From: the human T2T-CHM13v2.0 reference genome, Homo sapiens
Assembly (NCBI RefSeq): GCF_009914755.1
Contig: NC_060940.1
Length of the DNA stretch: 64,000 nucleotides
Reading direction: 5' to 3' (one strand)
The notes below the pieces were generated by a model. It saw only the letters and a list, made by a program, of their open reading frames with translations. It did no database searches and had not been told where the DNA came from. Positions 15,815-29,819 of this stretch are shown here, piece by piece (position 1 is the first letter of the stretch; the number at the start of each line of letters is the position of its first letter). The translations under genes were made by a program, and so were the position numbers.

Positions 15815-15920
15815 TGCCTCAGACGTGCTTCCACACTTCTCAGAACTCAGGTTCGCGCCCGATTCCACACTCCGAGCTACCACGCCGTTTTCTTCTCACG
15901 TATCCGTCAACACTGCTGCG
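15815..15920 (-). other. IFT140: Probable IFT140 non-coding exon 1 (boundaries uncertain)
   Basis: Lies just downstream (minus strand) of the CCAAT cluster; donor ambiguous (GAG|GCAGTT at 15818 or GCA|GTTAAG at 15815); placement partly from recollection of the gene model. Confidence 0.4.
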
Positions 15921-16200
15921 GCCAATCACAGCACGGGCCCTGGCCTATTGGCTGTCTGTCCACCAATCCAAAGAGACGCACAGTCCGCAAGGTCGCGAGG
16001 CTGGCGTCACAACACTACTGGCGCCGCGGGCTCGCCCCCGACGCCCACCGGGCTCGTACGTGCGAGCGCGCCCGCCCAGCGCTAGCCAATGGGAGCGCCG
16101 TTTTGGGGAGACGGGCCCGAAGAAACATTGGGGGTGCTCGCCCCCGCGTTCGTCGCCCCGCCCCGCGCGCCCGCGCACCCCGGCCCCGCCCCCGCGCGCC
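15920..16200. promoter_or_regulatory. IFT140/CRAMP1 bidirectional promoter with five CCAAT (NF-Y) boxes and GC boxes
   Basis: CCAAT 15922, ATTGG 15947, CCAAT 15963, CCAAT 16086, ATTGG 16127; CCCCGCCCC near 16156 and 16184; no TATA box. Confidence 0.8.
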
Positions 16201-16504
16201 GTCCGTGAGGTCCCCACCGGCCGCCGTAGCCGGAACTGCTGCTGAGGGCGGCGGGCCGGCTTCGCTAGGGTGAGTGGCGGCAGTATCTGCGTCCGCAGCC
16301 CCCGCAGCCGCGCGCCGGCCCGCGGAGGGGACGTGCCGGGGCTAGCGCCGCTCGACCAGTCGCTTCCGAGGCGGACGACCAGCCCGGCGTTGCGGCCTCC
16401 CTGCAGCCGGCGCTCGGGGGCCGGGGCTGCCCGGCCCGGCTGGTTCTGCGGGCACCCGGGGAGGCCCCGGGAAGCCAGGCTGCCGCCCGGCGTTGATGAA
16501 AAAG
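16200..16504 (+). other. CRAMP1: CRAMP1 non-coding exon 1 (candidate donors at 16269 and 16504; start approximate)
   Basis: Donors AGG|GTGAGT (16269) and AAG|GTGACC (16504) downstream of the promoter; exon 2 has an acceptor 1 nt before its ATG, so an upstream exon is implied. Confidence 0.55.
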
Positions 16505-18160
16505 GTGACCAAGGCTGGGCGGCGGGGCTGTCATGGCGAGGCCCGGCCGGGGGGTCCTGTCGGGCGGCGCGGGAGAGCGCGGGGGGGGCGTCGCTTCCAC
16601 AGCGCCCGGTACAGCCACAACTGGCCTCAGGGCGAGGAGGCTTCTGCGTCCCCATCCCGAGACGCGAGCCGGTGCGGAGCGGGACGGGGCTGGAGGAGAC
16701 TGCGCCTCCGAGAAAAGTCCGGTCTCGTTGGAGGTTCTCGCGAAAAGGAGGCCATCCCCCTGCTTGTTGGCCCTTAGGGTAAAGTCTGGACGGCGTCGGT
16801 CCTTTCAGTGGCGAAAAGCGCTTCCCCGTGCTCGGTCGGCGTCTTGGGTGTGGAGCCCGGCGAGCGGGCGAGTTCACTCTGGTGGCCGAGTTTGTTTTGC
16901 TTGGGTCCCGGGTGGCCTGCGGGCGGACAGGTCCCTGGGCAGCGGGGTTCTCAGCCCGAGACGAGGTCTTTGGGGGTTTAGGTTTCTTGAGTGGAAAGAG
17001 GTGGGTTGAGGGGGAAGAGTGGGAAGTCTTGCCACGAAATCCCTTAAGTTGGGGTGTTTGTCGTGGGTGGTTTTGTTCTTTGGCAGAGTTTTTTTTAAAA
17101 CTAGCATGAACTCGAGATTCCCTAGACCAATTCCGACAGGAGAAAACGGCCACGGATCCTTGTGTGATCTGCACCTCAGGGTGGGGGCATCATTGCGACT
17201 TTGAAGCCATTTCCCGATCTCTCGGAAAGAGAGGTCCTCGCCCGCGTCCCTGTATTTCGTGGTTGGTGTTGGTGCCTCGATCGTGTGTTCCTTTGAAGTG
17301 GAAATGCCCCCGTTCTCAACAGTTGAGTTGAACGCAGGGTCAGTATCTGCTGAGGAATCTAATCTTCAGCGTTTTTGCTTCCTCACACGTGCCCGTCCCG
17401 GACTGTTTCTGGGCTGCAGCTCTTGCTGTGTACCTGATTGTCTGAGTTTATTTTTGAGTGGCTCTGCTTTCTGGGCTGCAGCATTTTTAGTCACTGCACT
17501 TTGTTGTTGACATTTTACAGGGCGGTGGGTAGCAAAGTTGATGCAATAATTTTATTAATTGTTGCCAAGAGTTTTAACACCATTGTCTTCTACCGCTTCT
17601 TGCACCTGGACCCGGACATAACTGGGCTGTCACTTTCCCGGGTGGTTCCAACCTGTTCCATGCAACAGGCTCCTTTGTTGCAAAAGCATTTTTAACTAGT
17701 AAATCCCCGCAGCAGCTCACATTTCCCACCCTGGGAAGAAGATTCCCAGAGACCCGGAGCTGATTATTCTTTATGTGTGTTTTAAAATAAGCAGGCGGGC
17801 CGGCGGCATTGGGCCACCATGGAGTTCCCCGTGCGGGCAGGCGAGCCCGCGCTTCTCCCGTCCCGGGGTGGATCCGGCCTCCTCTGTCCTCCTCCAGGGC
17901 CAGCTCTGGGGGCCGGCGCGTGGGGCAGGTGCGCGGGGCCCGGGAGCCCCGCGCCTTTCGGGGGGCGGGGAGGGGGTGGGACGAGGGGCTAGGGCTGGGG
18001 CTGCGGCCCGGCCGGCCGAGGCGGCGCAGGGAGCGAGGCCGGCGCGCAGGGCCAGGCCATGAGCCGCGGCCCCGCCGGGTAGGTGGCTGTGGGCGGGGCA
18101 GCGGCCCGGACCCGCAACCGTGCCCAGACCCGCGCCCGCGCCGGGGCTCCCATAGACCCC

Positions 18161-18184
18161 GGGGCCGGGGCCGGGGCCGGGGCC
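18161..18184 (+). repeat. (GGGGCC)4 hexamer repeat
   Basis: Four perfect copies read directly. Confidence 0.95.
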
Positions 18185-18486
18185 GGGCAGGGTCCGCCGA
18201 GCTGTCGCGCCCTCCCGCCGCCGGCCCGGGCGTCTGGACGCGAGCCTCGGCCAGGGGGCGTCCGGGGAGGCCCGGGAGGGTCCCGGGCTGGTGGGCAGGG
18301 CCGGGGGCGGCGGCGTGGGGGCGGCAGGGGCCGCGGCGGGCTCGGGCGGGCTCGGGCGGGCCGGGCCGAGCCGCCGAGAGGGGATTTGGAACAAACAACG
18401 GCGGCCATGTTGAGAGCGCGTCGGGGCCGCTAAACTTCCCGGCCTGCGCCCGCCTCACCGGCCGCCTCCCCTCTCCCGGCCGCAGG

Positions 18487-18832
18487 ATGACAGTGAAGTT
18501 GGGCGACGGCGGCAGCGGGGAGGACGGGCTCAAGAAGCTGGGCAAGCGGGCGGCCGATGAGGAGTCCCTGGAAGGAGAAGGGGCCGGCGGCGCAGACGCG
18601 GCCGAGGAGAGCAGCGGCACAAAGAGGGACGAGAAGACCCCCCGGGCCGGCGCCGACGGCCCCCCCGCGCCCCCCGGCGCGCCGCAGGCGCCGTCCCCGC
18701 CGCAGGGCAGCCCCCAGGACCAGCACCACTTCCTCCGGTCCAGCGTGCGGCCGCAGAGCAAGAGGCCCAGGAAGGATCCTCCGAGCGCTGTGGGGAGCGG
18801 CAACGCCGGTGGCTCGGGGCCCCGCGGAAAAG
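18487..18832 (+). CDS. CRAMP1: CRAMP1 exon 2, first coding exon (MTVKLGDGGSGEDG...GPRGK)
   Basis: Acceptor CGCAG|G ATG (exon starts 18486); donor AAAG|GTAGGG; 346 coding nt, phase 1. Confidence 0.93.
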
Positions 18833-20595
18833 GTAGGGCGGCCCGTCCCCTTGGGAGACCCCAGCCCCTCTCCGGGGTGTGCCGCGGGGGAGAGGAACCC
18901 CTCGCCCCAGCCGGGCTCCACCCTAGCTCACCCATCCCGCGGCCTACACTGAGGCTCTCAATTTGGGTGGCACTTATGGGGCATGTGTCCCCTCTCTCCT
19001 TCGAAGAGGCTGCGACTTTCTATATTTAAACTCTTTGAAGAGGCAGTGAGTATCCTTTTTTGGGGGGGAGTCGAAGAGATCCCTTAAAGCTGTTTCCTTT
19101 CCAAAGGATCACTGATGGTTTTCTATGGTTTTGTGTTTCAAACAGCGGACAATAGTTCGGAAACGGGAAGAGAAAAAAATACCTGCTGTATCTCTTTCCC
19201 AGACATCAGGCGGTGGAAATGCACCAAGGGAGCAGGCTTTTGAAACTCATTGGGGGGAAGATGGGTAAGAAGCGGAGAAAGGATCCTTGGGGTCTGACTT
19301 GGACCCATTGTCCTCTCCTTCAAGTGCTCCTGGGTTGAGAGTAGGAAGGGCATAGAGATGGGGCCCTTTGAGTTGCAACTGGGGTTTACTTCTGTGCCAA
19401 AGAAAGGAAAGAGTGGTGAAAACGATTGACATGAACAAGCAGCAGCTTGTAGTGTTCGCCCTTGTATTCTGAGGTGATGGAGAATGTTGCTACTTAGCTG
19501 GGGTCTCTTACCAAGATAGTAAGAAAACGGCATGTTAGTTTCGTTCTCCATGTGCCAGTGCTTCATTGTTGTCTGCTCTTATTTCTATTTCAGTCTTGTG
19601 CTTTTCCTTACGCAGGTGAATGACTCTGATTCTTTTTGTTTCCGACCATGTTCGCAGCACTTTGTATAAATAGCAAATATAACATCAGCTTCCAGTGAGT
19701 TTCACGTGAAAAAAAAATCTTTCACTTCCTTCCTTGGGAAATGCTCGTTTACATTTAGTGAATGGTCCTGGTAGTTTTGACAAGGAAATATATTACGAAC
19801 TAATGGAGAACCTGCTTTGGAGATCTGTGCCACATGTGTTCCATTAAGCCCACTTCTCCTGCCGCATTCTCAACCGAAGAAGGCTGGCCTCCGGAATCAT
19901 GGCCTTACTCATTGGTAAAGAATTCTGATATAAGTATACTTATTTAAAGATGTAAATAGAAGGTAACTTAGCATGTTTCAGAATTTAAAACTTGCCTCAT
20001 ATGAATTTATTTTGATGTGAAAGTTGCTGATCAATTTGGAAAACATGAGTGGCTTTGCTTGTTACTAGTTTTTTATTGCTAGTTACAGGTATGTCTAAGC
20101 TCATATAAGCTCCATGGTTCCTTCAAAGGTTTGTTGTTCATGGTTCAGAAGCCCTGGACCTTGAATCCAGCCGGCATTCGTCCCCCATGTCCCTGGCCTC
20201 CAACCTTGCTCTGCCCCTTCACCCTCTTGGAGATGCTTTTCTGTCGGGTGTCCTCACCTGTGAGGCAAGGAATGAGAGCAGCTACTTCACCCCGTTGAAG
20301 TGCGGCTGCTAAAATGAAATAGTGCATTGGTGTGAAAGCACTCTCAGACGTGTACGTGGCTACTTGTATGTATAAGTGAAGTGCTGCTGAGACGTTAGTG
20401 ATCAGGTCAATTTTTGGCAGTTGGGACGAGGGGAGGCTTGCTTTTGTTTGTATAGTTGAGAGTGGCTTGCTAAGGTGCAGAAGGTTTCCTGAGCTTGGCT
20501 CACACTTAGGTTGCTGGCACTTCTTTCTTTGCTTCTTGTCCCATTGTGTGGCTTGGAGAAGCGTGGGACTTTTCATTAAGTTTTAATATTAATAA

Positions 20596-20969
<374 letters not shown>

Positions 20970-22004
20970 CACAAGCAAATATATCTTTAAGCAAATAATA
21001 AGCTAAGCTGTGATGGTGGCTTTTAGGAGAGGAGTAGGAAGTGGGTCTCCTTTGCATCACAGAACTTCTCGGCCACTGTCTGCCTTGGAGCTTCCCGGGA
21101 AGGAAGGCTGCCTGTCCGCTGCTCTCTGCTTTCAGGTTCCTCAGTGCTTTGGGAGGCACTTCACTGTGCCCAGGACATCCTCTGACACCAGTCTTTGGAG
21201 AGACCTCTGCTCAGTCGTTGCTTCCATTACCCGTCAGAAAAGAAGGCCAGGTGGTGGCAGTTGCCCCGCAACAGTCTTTAGCTCACCTTCCAGAAAGATG
21301 CTCAGAGGAGAATCCTCTTACATTCTGGAGAAATCTGCATCTGGAGTGGTGAGCATCTGTCAGGGAGGAAACGATCAATACTTCATGTTTCAATTTTTCA
21401 CTTGGAAATGATGTAACTTCTATTATGCCTAAGGAATACTTAGCTCAATCACTGGCAGTTCCTTTGGTTGATTACTTACTGCCCTGGCCAGTTTCAATCT
21501 CAGTGGGCCTGAGACTCTTACAGTGAATTTGGAAGAAAGGACTTGTGGAGAAAAGGAAAGTCTGCTTGTTTGGCTTTTCTGCATGCAAGTGTGTTTTCTT
21601 TCTCTGAAGAAGACACTCTTATTGACTTCAATGAAAAATGCTTTTTTTTCTAGTTCAGTTTCAAATTTAAATCTTCTTGCATTGATAAAGCGATGGTAGC
21701 TGGGATTTAGTGCCTGTTTGCCAGGCATCTTGCATGTCTGTAATTTTGCTTTTAAATGAGTGCAGAACCTGAAGTAGATTGTTTAAGTCACATGCTCAAC
21801 CTAAACTCAAGGTAAGCTGCAGACCAGAAATCCCAAAACAGACATTCCTGCAGCTCTAATACACCACCCACGTGACCCTGGGACGCACTGGAGATTTCGG
21901 CTTAGAGCCGCAGAAACCATCTGAAAGACATAAGTCAGGAGACAGAGTCCTGATACCTTTCCCTATTTGGCCAGTTCATGATCCAGCTAGCCCTGGGCAA
22001 ACTA

Positions 22005-22150
<146 letters not shown>

Positions 22151-22589
22151 AAATAAACACCTGCCTTAAGTCACAAGGTGTTTTACAGGCACCTGGTGTT
22201 TCTGCCATGAAAAATGCATGCAGCTTCAAGATTACAGGACTGCAGGAGGAGGCTGCACAGGCTGGCGGGGTGGGGAGCCTACCTGTGGGGTGAGTAGAAG
22301 TCCGGGAATGCTGGTGCTCTGCTGGGGCAGATGGGATGAGAGAACACTGGGGGTGGGGACAGAGAGCCTCTGCTTATTTTGGTCCCCCTCTCACCCCGAA
22401 GAACTTCAGTTCCATCAAGGATGGGGAAATGCACCATCTCCAGAATAGGGTAATGTAGTCTGAAGTGACAGTCGTTTGTGTGTAGGAATCGGTAAACGAC
22501 TGTGCACAATTTACTCTTTATATTTTGTATAATCTGTGGACTGTTTGTAGTTTCTAGATGTTTCAAAAAGATGTCTCATAAGAGATTGT

Positions 22590-23326
22590 ACCTGTAGTCC
22601 TAGCTACTCAGGAGGCTGAGGTGGGAGGATCACCTGAGGCTGCTGGTTGGAGGCTGCAGTGAGCTGTGGACATTGCACTCCAGCCTGGGTGACACAACAA
22701 GACCCTGTTTCAAAAACAAAACAAAACCAAAAAAGATAAAGTAGGTAAGGCAAAATTTGAACATTGGTTTGAAGGCTGAGCTGCTTTTCAAATACCTGTA
22801 TACTTTTGGTATTAAAACTAGTTTCTGTGGTGTCTGTTGTTGTGAAGTTGTCTAATGAGGTAGACTTTTCGATTTTCATTTTTGTATCTTATTGTGGCTT
22901 ATGTAAGGATATAACAGGGAGATGATTCATGATTGCAAAGTCAGAAATGTGAAAATTAACATCGTTGTATAAAGTGGTGTGTAGAAGCTCTTTGTCACAT
23001 AAGTAACAACAGCGGGGTTTTGTTTTTTGTTTTTGTTTTGTTTTTGAGACGGAGTCTCATTCTGTCGCCTGGGCTTGAGTGCAGTGCTGCGATCTCAACT
23101 CACTGCAATCTCCGCCTCACAGGTTCAAGCAATTCTCCTGTCTCAGCCTCCTGAGGAGCTGGGACTACAGGCGCATGCTGCTACACCCGACTAATTTTTT
23201 TTATTTTAGTAGAGATGGGGTTTTACCGTATGGCCCAGGCTGGTCTCGAACTCCTGAGCTCAGGTGATCCGCCTGCCTCGGCCTCCCAAAGTGCTAGGAT
23301 TTCAGGCGTGAGCCACTGCGCCCGGC
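22590..23326. mobile_element. Alu right-arm fragment (+, 22590-22730) and full Alu (-, 23020-23326)
   Basis: Alu consensus segments. Confidence 0.8.
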
Positions 23327-26077
23327 ACAACAGCGTTTTTAACACTAAAGAACCACGTTAGAAACACTGAAAAAAGGAGACATTTCCAGGAGTTTGTAGT
23401 TTAGTTGGGATATCTTGCAATACCTACAGGATACAATTAGAAAATCTGCTGGTATTTCATGAAGAGGGCATACGCTTTTATACAAACAGTGGAGTTCTAG
23501 TTGTATTTCTCTCAAATATTTGTAGGAGGGGAAAGGGAGAATCTTCAAGAGAGACAGCGCTGGTCAGAGCATGCAGGAGGACGCTGAGCCTTGCAGGCAC
23601 TGAGGGTGGGAGTCCCGGCAGAGAAGGGGACAGTATGAGTGACTCCCAGAGGGTGTCGTGGAGACCATTAGGTTTTAGGTCAGCTTCAGAACCTGGAAGA
23701 GGACATCTCAGAGTCTGGCGACCCTGACCAGGGCTCTTGCAGGCACGCCTGGAGTGTGGACCAGATCTTTAGATTGATGGGACAATGCGAGGTCAGGAGG
23801 GGTCCCGGTTTGCTCACCGACTGCCTGTCGTATAGGATGGAGCGACACCACTGCGTGTGCATGACGATGGAGCTGGGTAGGGGAGGCTCAGAACTCATCC
23901 GAGATGACACCTTGCCTGCGGCTTGGCTTGCTTGAAGGGTCCCCCCATGTGACCTTGGAGATGGTATCCACCAAGCCCTCACCCACAACTCTGGCTCCAA
24001 GACCAGAGCTGCTGGCACCAGCATCTGATGCGATGTCTTGTGTTAGGAGAGGCACGGAATGCCTCAGGAGACTTGGAGGTGGACGCGTTGGACCTCTGCA
24101 GTTTCTGCGCCATCCTTGGCCTCCTGGGAAGGGTCCCTGCTGTCTTATGCTGCAGACGTAGGCCATGAGGACGTTTCCCGGTGCTGGGGTTGGGGCACGG
24201 TCAAGTCTGGAGATGCCCTTCCACGAGCGGGTGTCGCCAGTGCCTTTCTAGCTGAGAAATGAGTGAAGCATGGGGGAGACGGGTGTGTTCACTGCAGTCC
24301 TCTCACCTCCAGACCAGACGCTGACTCCCTCGCAGTTGGTGTTCTGTCACTCTTGATTTTACTATTCCTAACCCTCTGAAGGAAGTTCACCAAACCACAG
24401 AAAGAGTGCTCCAGGACAGTGAATTGATGTTAGAGATGATGACAGGGTGTCACTGGGCTTCTGCGTCTGACCTCTCACGTCCAGACAGACATCTTCCAAA
24501 GGCCCAGCTCTGGCTGTCTATTAGCCGCGTGCCTTTCGGTGAGTCATTTAACTTCTCACCTTTCCCAGGCTGAGGGAGGGACTTTGAGGTTGGTTTCCCC
24601 CACCACGACCCTGATCCTCCAGCTCTGTGACAGGACAGTGTGCGCTGCTTGGCTTTCAGAGCTGTTCTGACGGCACGGCATGGGAAACGCCTGGGTTTGG
24701 AGTGAGAAGGTTGCGTGGTTCTTGCTGCCTGGTGACTTCGGGGCTTCTAAAGCCTCAGTTTCCCCCATTTCATTTTTTTTTTTACATGACATAATGCTAT
24801 TAATAATTTCTGAAAGTTTCCCCATTTCTAAAATGGAGATAACTACCCATTGCGAGGACAGGAAGAAGCAGGGCATTTGAATGCATTTTAAGGTGCCATT
24901 TAAATACAGGTTCTGTTACTTCCAGGCCTGCTGGGCACTGAGCAGCTGTGTGGCTTTGTGGGTGACCTACTCAGCCCGTGCCTCAGCTTCCCCAGTTGAA
25001 AGATATGGATACTTTTTCTTCTTAAGGTGATATGAAGGGGTGCAGGTGGTGGCATTCCAGACCAACCCAGGACATGTGATGGGGAAGAGGACGTGTTGCA
25101 AAGAATAGGTGGTAGGGCCTGTCTGGAGCTAGGTAGAGGGGCCAGCAGCTGGGAGGGTGCGCTGGGGCCACATGGCTGTGCCCTCACTGCACCGTCTGCA
25201 CAGCAGGCTGTGGCAGGTGCTAGGGGTTTGGGAGACCTGAGAAGAGGCTGTTGAAATTGTCTTACTTGGGCGGCAGAGAGCTGGCTTGGGAAACAGGCGG
25301 TGCGGATGGGAAGGGGAAAGCAGGTGGCAGTGTGGCCTCTGGAGAACTGTGGCGCTGACACGGGCTAAGCAGGAAGGTGGGTTCCATTTGGGAGGACCTG
25401 GGTCCCAGCAGCCTGGGGTGTGCTGTCTGGGGCTGCCGAGGGGCAGAGGGAGCTTGGGGAGGCCCTTTATCTAGGCTCCGTGGGACCCTGTGCTGTCACT
25501 GAGCACTTGCTGTGTGTGAGGCCTGGGACCAGGCTTGGGTGTGGGGAAGTTCCACACGGTTCTTGCTTTCAAAGAGTGCACTGTTGGCGATCCTGCTTCT
25601 GCACCCCACTTCCCTGCAGGCTTCTCGATGGTTCTCCTCATTGTGCAGACCACACTCAGCCTCTGTGGGCTCAGCAACAGTCACAGATGGACCTGGCTTT
25701 GGCCTTCTGCTTTTCGCTGGGTGTCCTGCACCCAGAGAAGCCCACCTAGTTTTGTTTACATCATCTTACCTTTCCGTCTCTTGCCTTTCTCCTCCCATTT
25801 TTCTTGTTGCTTCTCTGTCTTCCCCTTCAGTCATCACCTTCTGTTTTCATCTGAATTTCTCTGAGCTGAGTCAGGTGGCCTCACACAGGCTGTCATCGTA
25901 TTCTACCAGGTGTCTCTGGTCCCACTTTCTATTTCATTTCGCTTGAGCTGTACTCAGTGAGCCGAGGTCAAGCAGTGAAGCCACTTCTGCATCTGAAATT
26001 TTAGGGGTGAACCAGAGGCCACCTTCAGTTTCTGCTCTGAAGTTTGTGATTGTTTTTTAAAAAGCATTCCAAGTTTA

Positions 26078-26980
26078 GGCCGGGCGCAGTGGCCCATGCC
26101 TGTAACCCTAGCACTTTGAGAGGCTGAGGCGGGAGGATTATCTGAGTTCAGGAGCTCGTGACCAGCCTGAGCAACATGGTGAAACCCCGTCTCTACTAAA
26201 GTACAAAAAAATTAGCCATTGTGGTGGTGTGCACCCATAATCCCAGCTACTCGAGAGGCTGGGTGCCGGAATTGACTGCCTGGGAGGCAGAGCTTGCAGT
26301 AAGCCAGGATTGCACCACTGCACTCCAGCCTGGGTGACAGAGCAAGACTCCTTACACAACAGCAACCAAAAAAGCACTCCAAGTCTAGAATAATGGGCAC
26401 CAAATATTAGAAAAGGTTACTTGGGGCGATTTGCTTTCTTGTCTGTTTTTTGGGGTTTTCTGTCTGTTTTGTTTTGTAGAGACAAGGTCTCCCTGTGTGG
26501 CCCAGGCTGGTCTTGAACTCATGGACTCAAGCAGTCTTCCTACCTCAGCCACCCAAGTAGCTGGGACTGCAGGTGTGTGCCACCACGCCCGGCAGTCTAC
26601 TTTTTTTTTTTTTTTTTTTCTTTTTTGAGACAGTCTCTCACTCTGTCACCCAGGCTGGAGTGCAGTGGCTAGATCTCAGCTCACTGCAACCTCTGCCTCC
26701 CGGTTTCAAGTGATTCTTCTGTCTCAGTATCTGGAGTAGCTGGGACTACTGGTGCACGCCACCACATGGGGCTAATTTTGTATATTTAGTAGAGACAGGG
26801 TTTCACCACATTGGCCAGACTGATCTCGAATTCCTGACCTCAAGAGATCCGCCTGCCTCGGCCTCCCAAAGTAGCTGTGATTACAGGCGCCCACCACCAC
26901 GCCCGGTTAATTTTTGTATTTTTAGTAGAGACAGGGTTTCACCATGTTGTCCAGGCTTGTCTTGAACTCCCAACCTCAGG
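26078..26980. mobile_element. Alu cluster: + (26078-26365), - monomer (26450-26593), - three-arm Alu (26600-26980)
   Basis: Alu consensus segments. Confidence 0.82.
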
Positions 26981-27981
26981 CCTGCCTTCTTTTCTGAATG
27001 TTCATCTTGCTTTACTTTCCTCTACTGAGGATGTGTCATTTTTAAAACATCAGAAGGAAAGGGTGAACCCCTCACACCCAGCCTTGGGCTGCTGGGAGGT
27101 GGCCTGCTCCTCTGAGGAGTGAGTGCCGCTTCACCAGCCTCATCAGAGCTGCCTTTACTGTTGTGCCTTCTTTTCACATCTCCTGTGTGCCTTTGCCTCC
27201 TCTCCACCTCTGAGAGCCCGTCCAGCTCAGACACTCCATTCTGTTAGCCTTTACTGTTTCACTCTCCTTGTCTTGGATCACCAGTGCTGTGATCCACTAA
27301 GATTTAGCAAGACATGTGGATTATGGAATTTTAGGAAATTTATGTCTGTTACTTTTTCAAATATACCTAATGCCAACATGGGCTAGCAAAAATAAACCTG
27401 ATACGTAACGGCAGGGCTGGTTAGCAAGTTGTGGTCTTGGAAGATGATAGTTTAGCGAGTGTTTCTTAGGAACCTGAAAATGGCTCTGAAAGCCTTTGTT
27501 GTGGGTGGTGCAGAGGTGGACAGGCAGTCCTTGCTGAAGTGACTCCACGTGAGGAATCCAGGCTCCTAGTGAGCCAGAGTGCCCTGTATTGAAAAGTTAA
27601 GTTTCAAATGGCATCTGTACCTGTCCATCATCTGCGGAAGCACCAGGTTCTGGGGAACCACCTGGTTGATTAAGTCCAGGTTTGGTGAGGAATGGGCAGG
27701 GCCAGATAACATGTCAGGCATTTGATTAGCCTGGTTGGTAGCACAGAGCATATGCATACCTGAGTTTTGTTTCTGTTGTCTGTGCAGGCTGGGAATGGAG
27801 CAGCCGGAAAGCGGCCTGGGTGGGACACACTTGGAACTCATTGTTTATTCCATGCCAGTGTGTTTTGGGCTGTGAGTGCTGGACATTCAGGTGCAGCACC
27901 GTCTGGTAGCTCTCTCTGCAACGATGGCCGCATGTGGACATTGACTACTAGAAATGGGGCTGGCGTGACTGAGAGGCTGAG

Positions 27982-28873
<892 letters not shown>

Positions 28874-29819
28874 AGTTTTTGATTTTTAAAGCATTTTTGT
28901 TTCAGAGTTTGAAGGTTTCCCAGCTTTTTATGGTCCTGCAGTTCCATAAAAAGAGAACCCTGGTTATCACAGGGATATGCTGACAGTTCCCGCTCCCTCT
29001 GCGAGGAGGAACTGAAATGGGTGGGAGGAATGTGTTAGGCCATGAAAAGTTTTTATCTGTGGTCTTTTGACTCCTGCCACATCTCTGCCTCCGGTCTCGG
29101 AGGAGCCTGGCCAGGGTTCTCGGTCCACAGCTGGGGAATGAAGCCTCCTCGGGGTCGTCTTGGGCTTTTCCCTCCTTGGTCTCAGAGGACTTGGCATGAG
29201 ATTGGGAACTGATGCTATAATAGGATTTGCAAGGTTATCAGGTCATTCTCAGAACACTACGTTTTTTTGGTGGACATTGATTGAGGGTAAGGAATTTTAA
29301 GACTAAAGATTCTTAGGCGTTGGACAGTTCATATTCTGAAGCACTGATTTTATCTAAAAGAAGGTGGTGTTTTACACGTTTGTTTCCTTGAGTTTGAATC
29401 TCAACCTACTTATTTGAAAAGATGTTAAGAATATTTAACCAAAAACCTCATTTACAAAAGAAATACGCATGAAATGTGATGTGAGGCTTCATTTTGCAGA
29501 GGGAAGGGATCTCTGTCTCCATTGTGGACAGGGCGTCTTAGGCTGCAGCGTCATTGTGCTGTTACATGGTTCCACATAAAATCTTGCTCCTTTTCTAACT
29601 GTAAAAACATTTGAGGGTCATTTGGCCAGGTAAAGATCCTGGCAGTCCTAAGCAGCCTCGCTGGTGCCGTGGGTCCTGGGTGCTGCCTGCCAGCATCCTC
29701 GGTTGAGGAGTGTGGAGTGGGACCTCAGGGCAGTGGGCCCTTCCCTCCCACCGGCCCTCTACCCTGCCCAGCCCGCCAGCTTTCTGGAACAGATCACTGT
29801 ACGGTGCTTTCTCTCCAAG

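Noticed and set aside
15945-18935. Long minus-strand ORFs (409 aa at 15945-17174, 453 aa at 17574-18935)
   Set aside because: CpG-island ORFs of low complexity with no recognisable domain, antisense to CRAMP1
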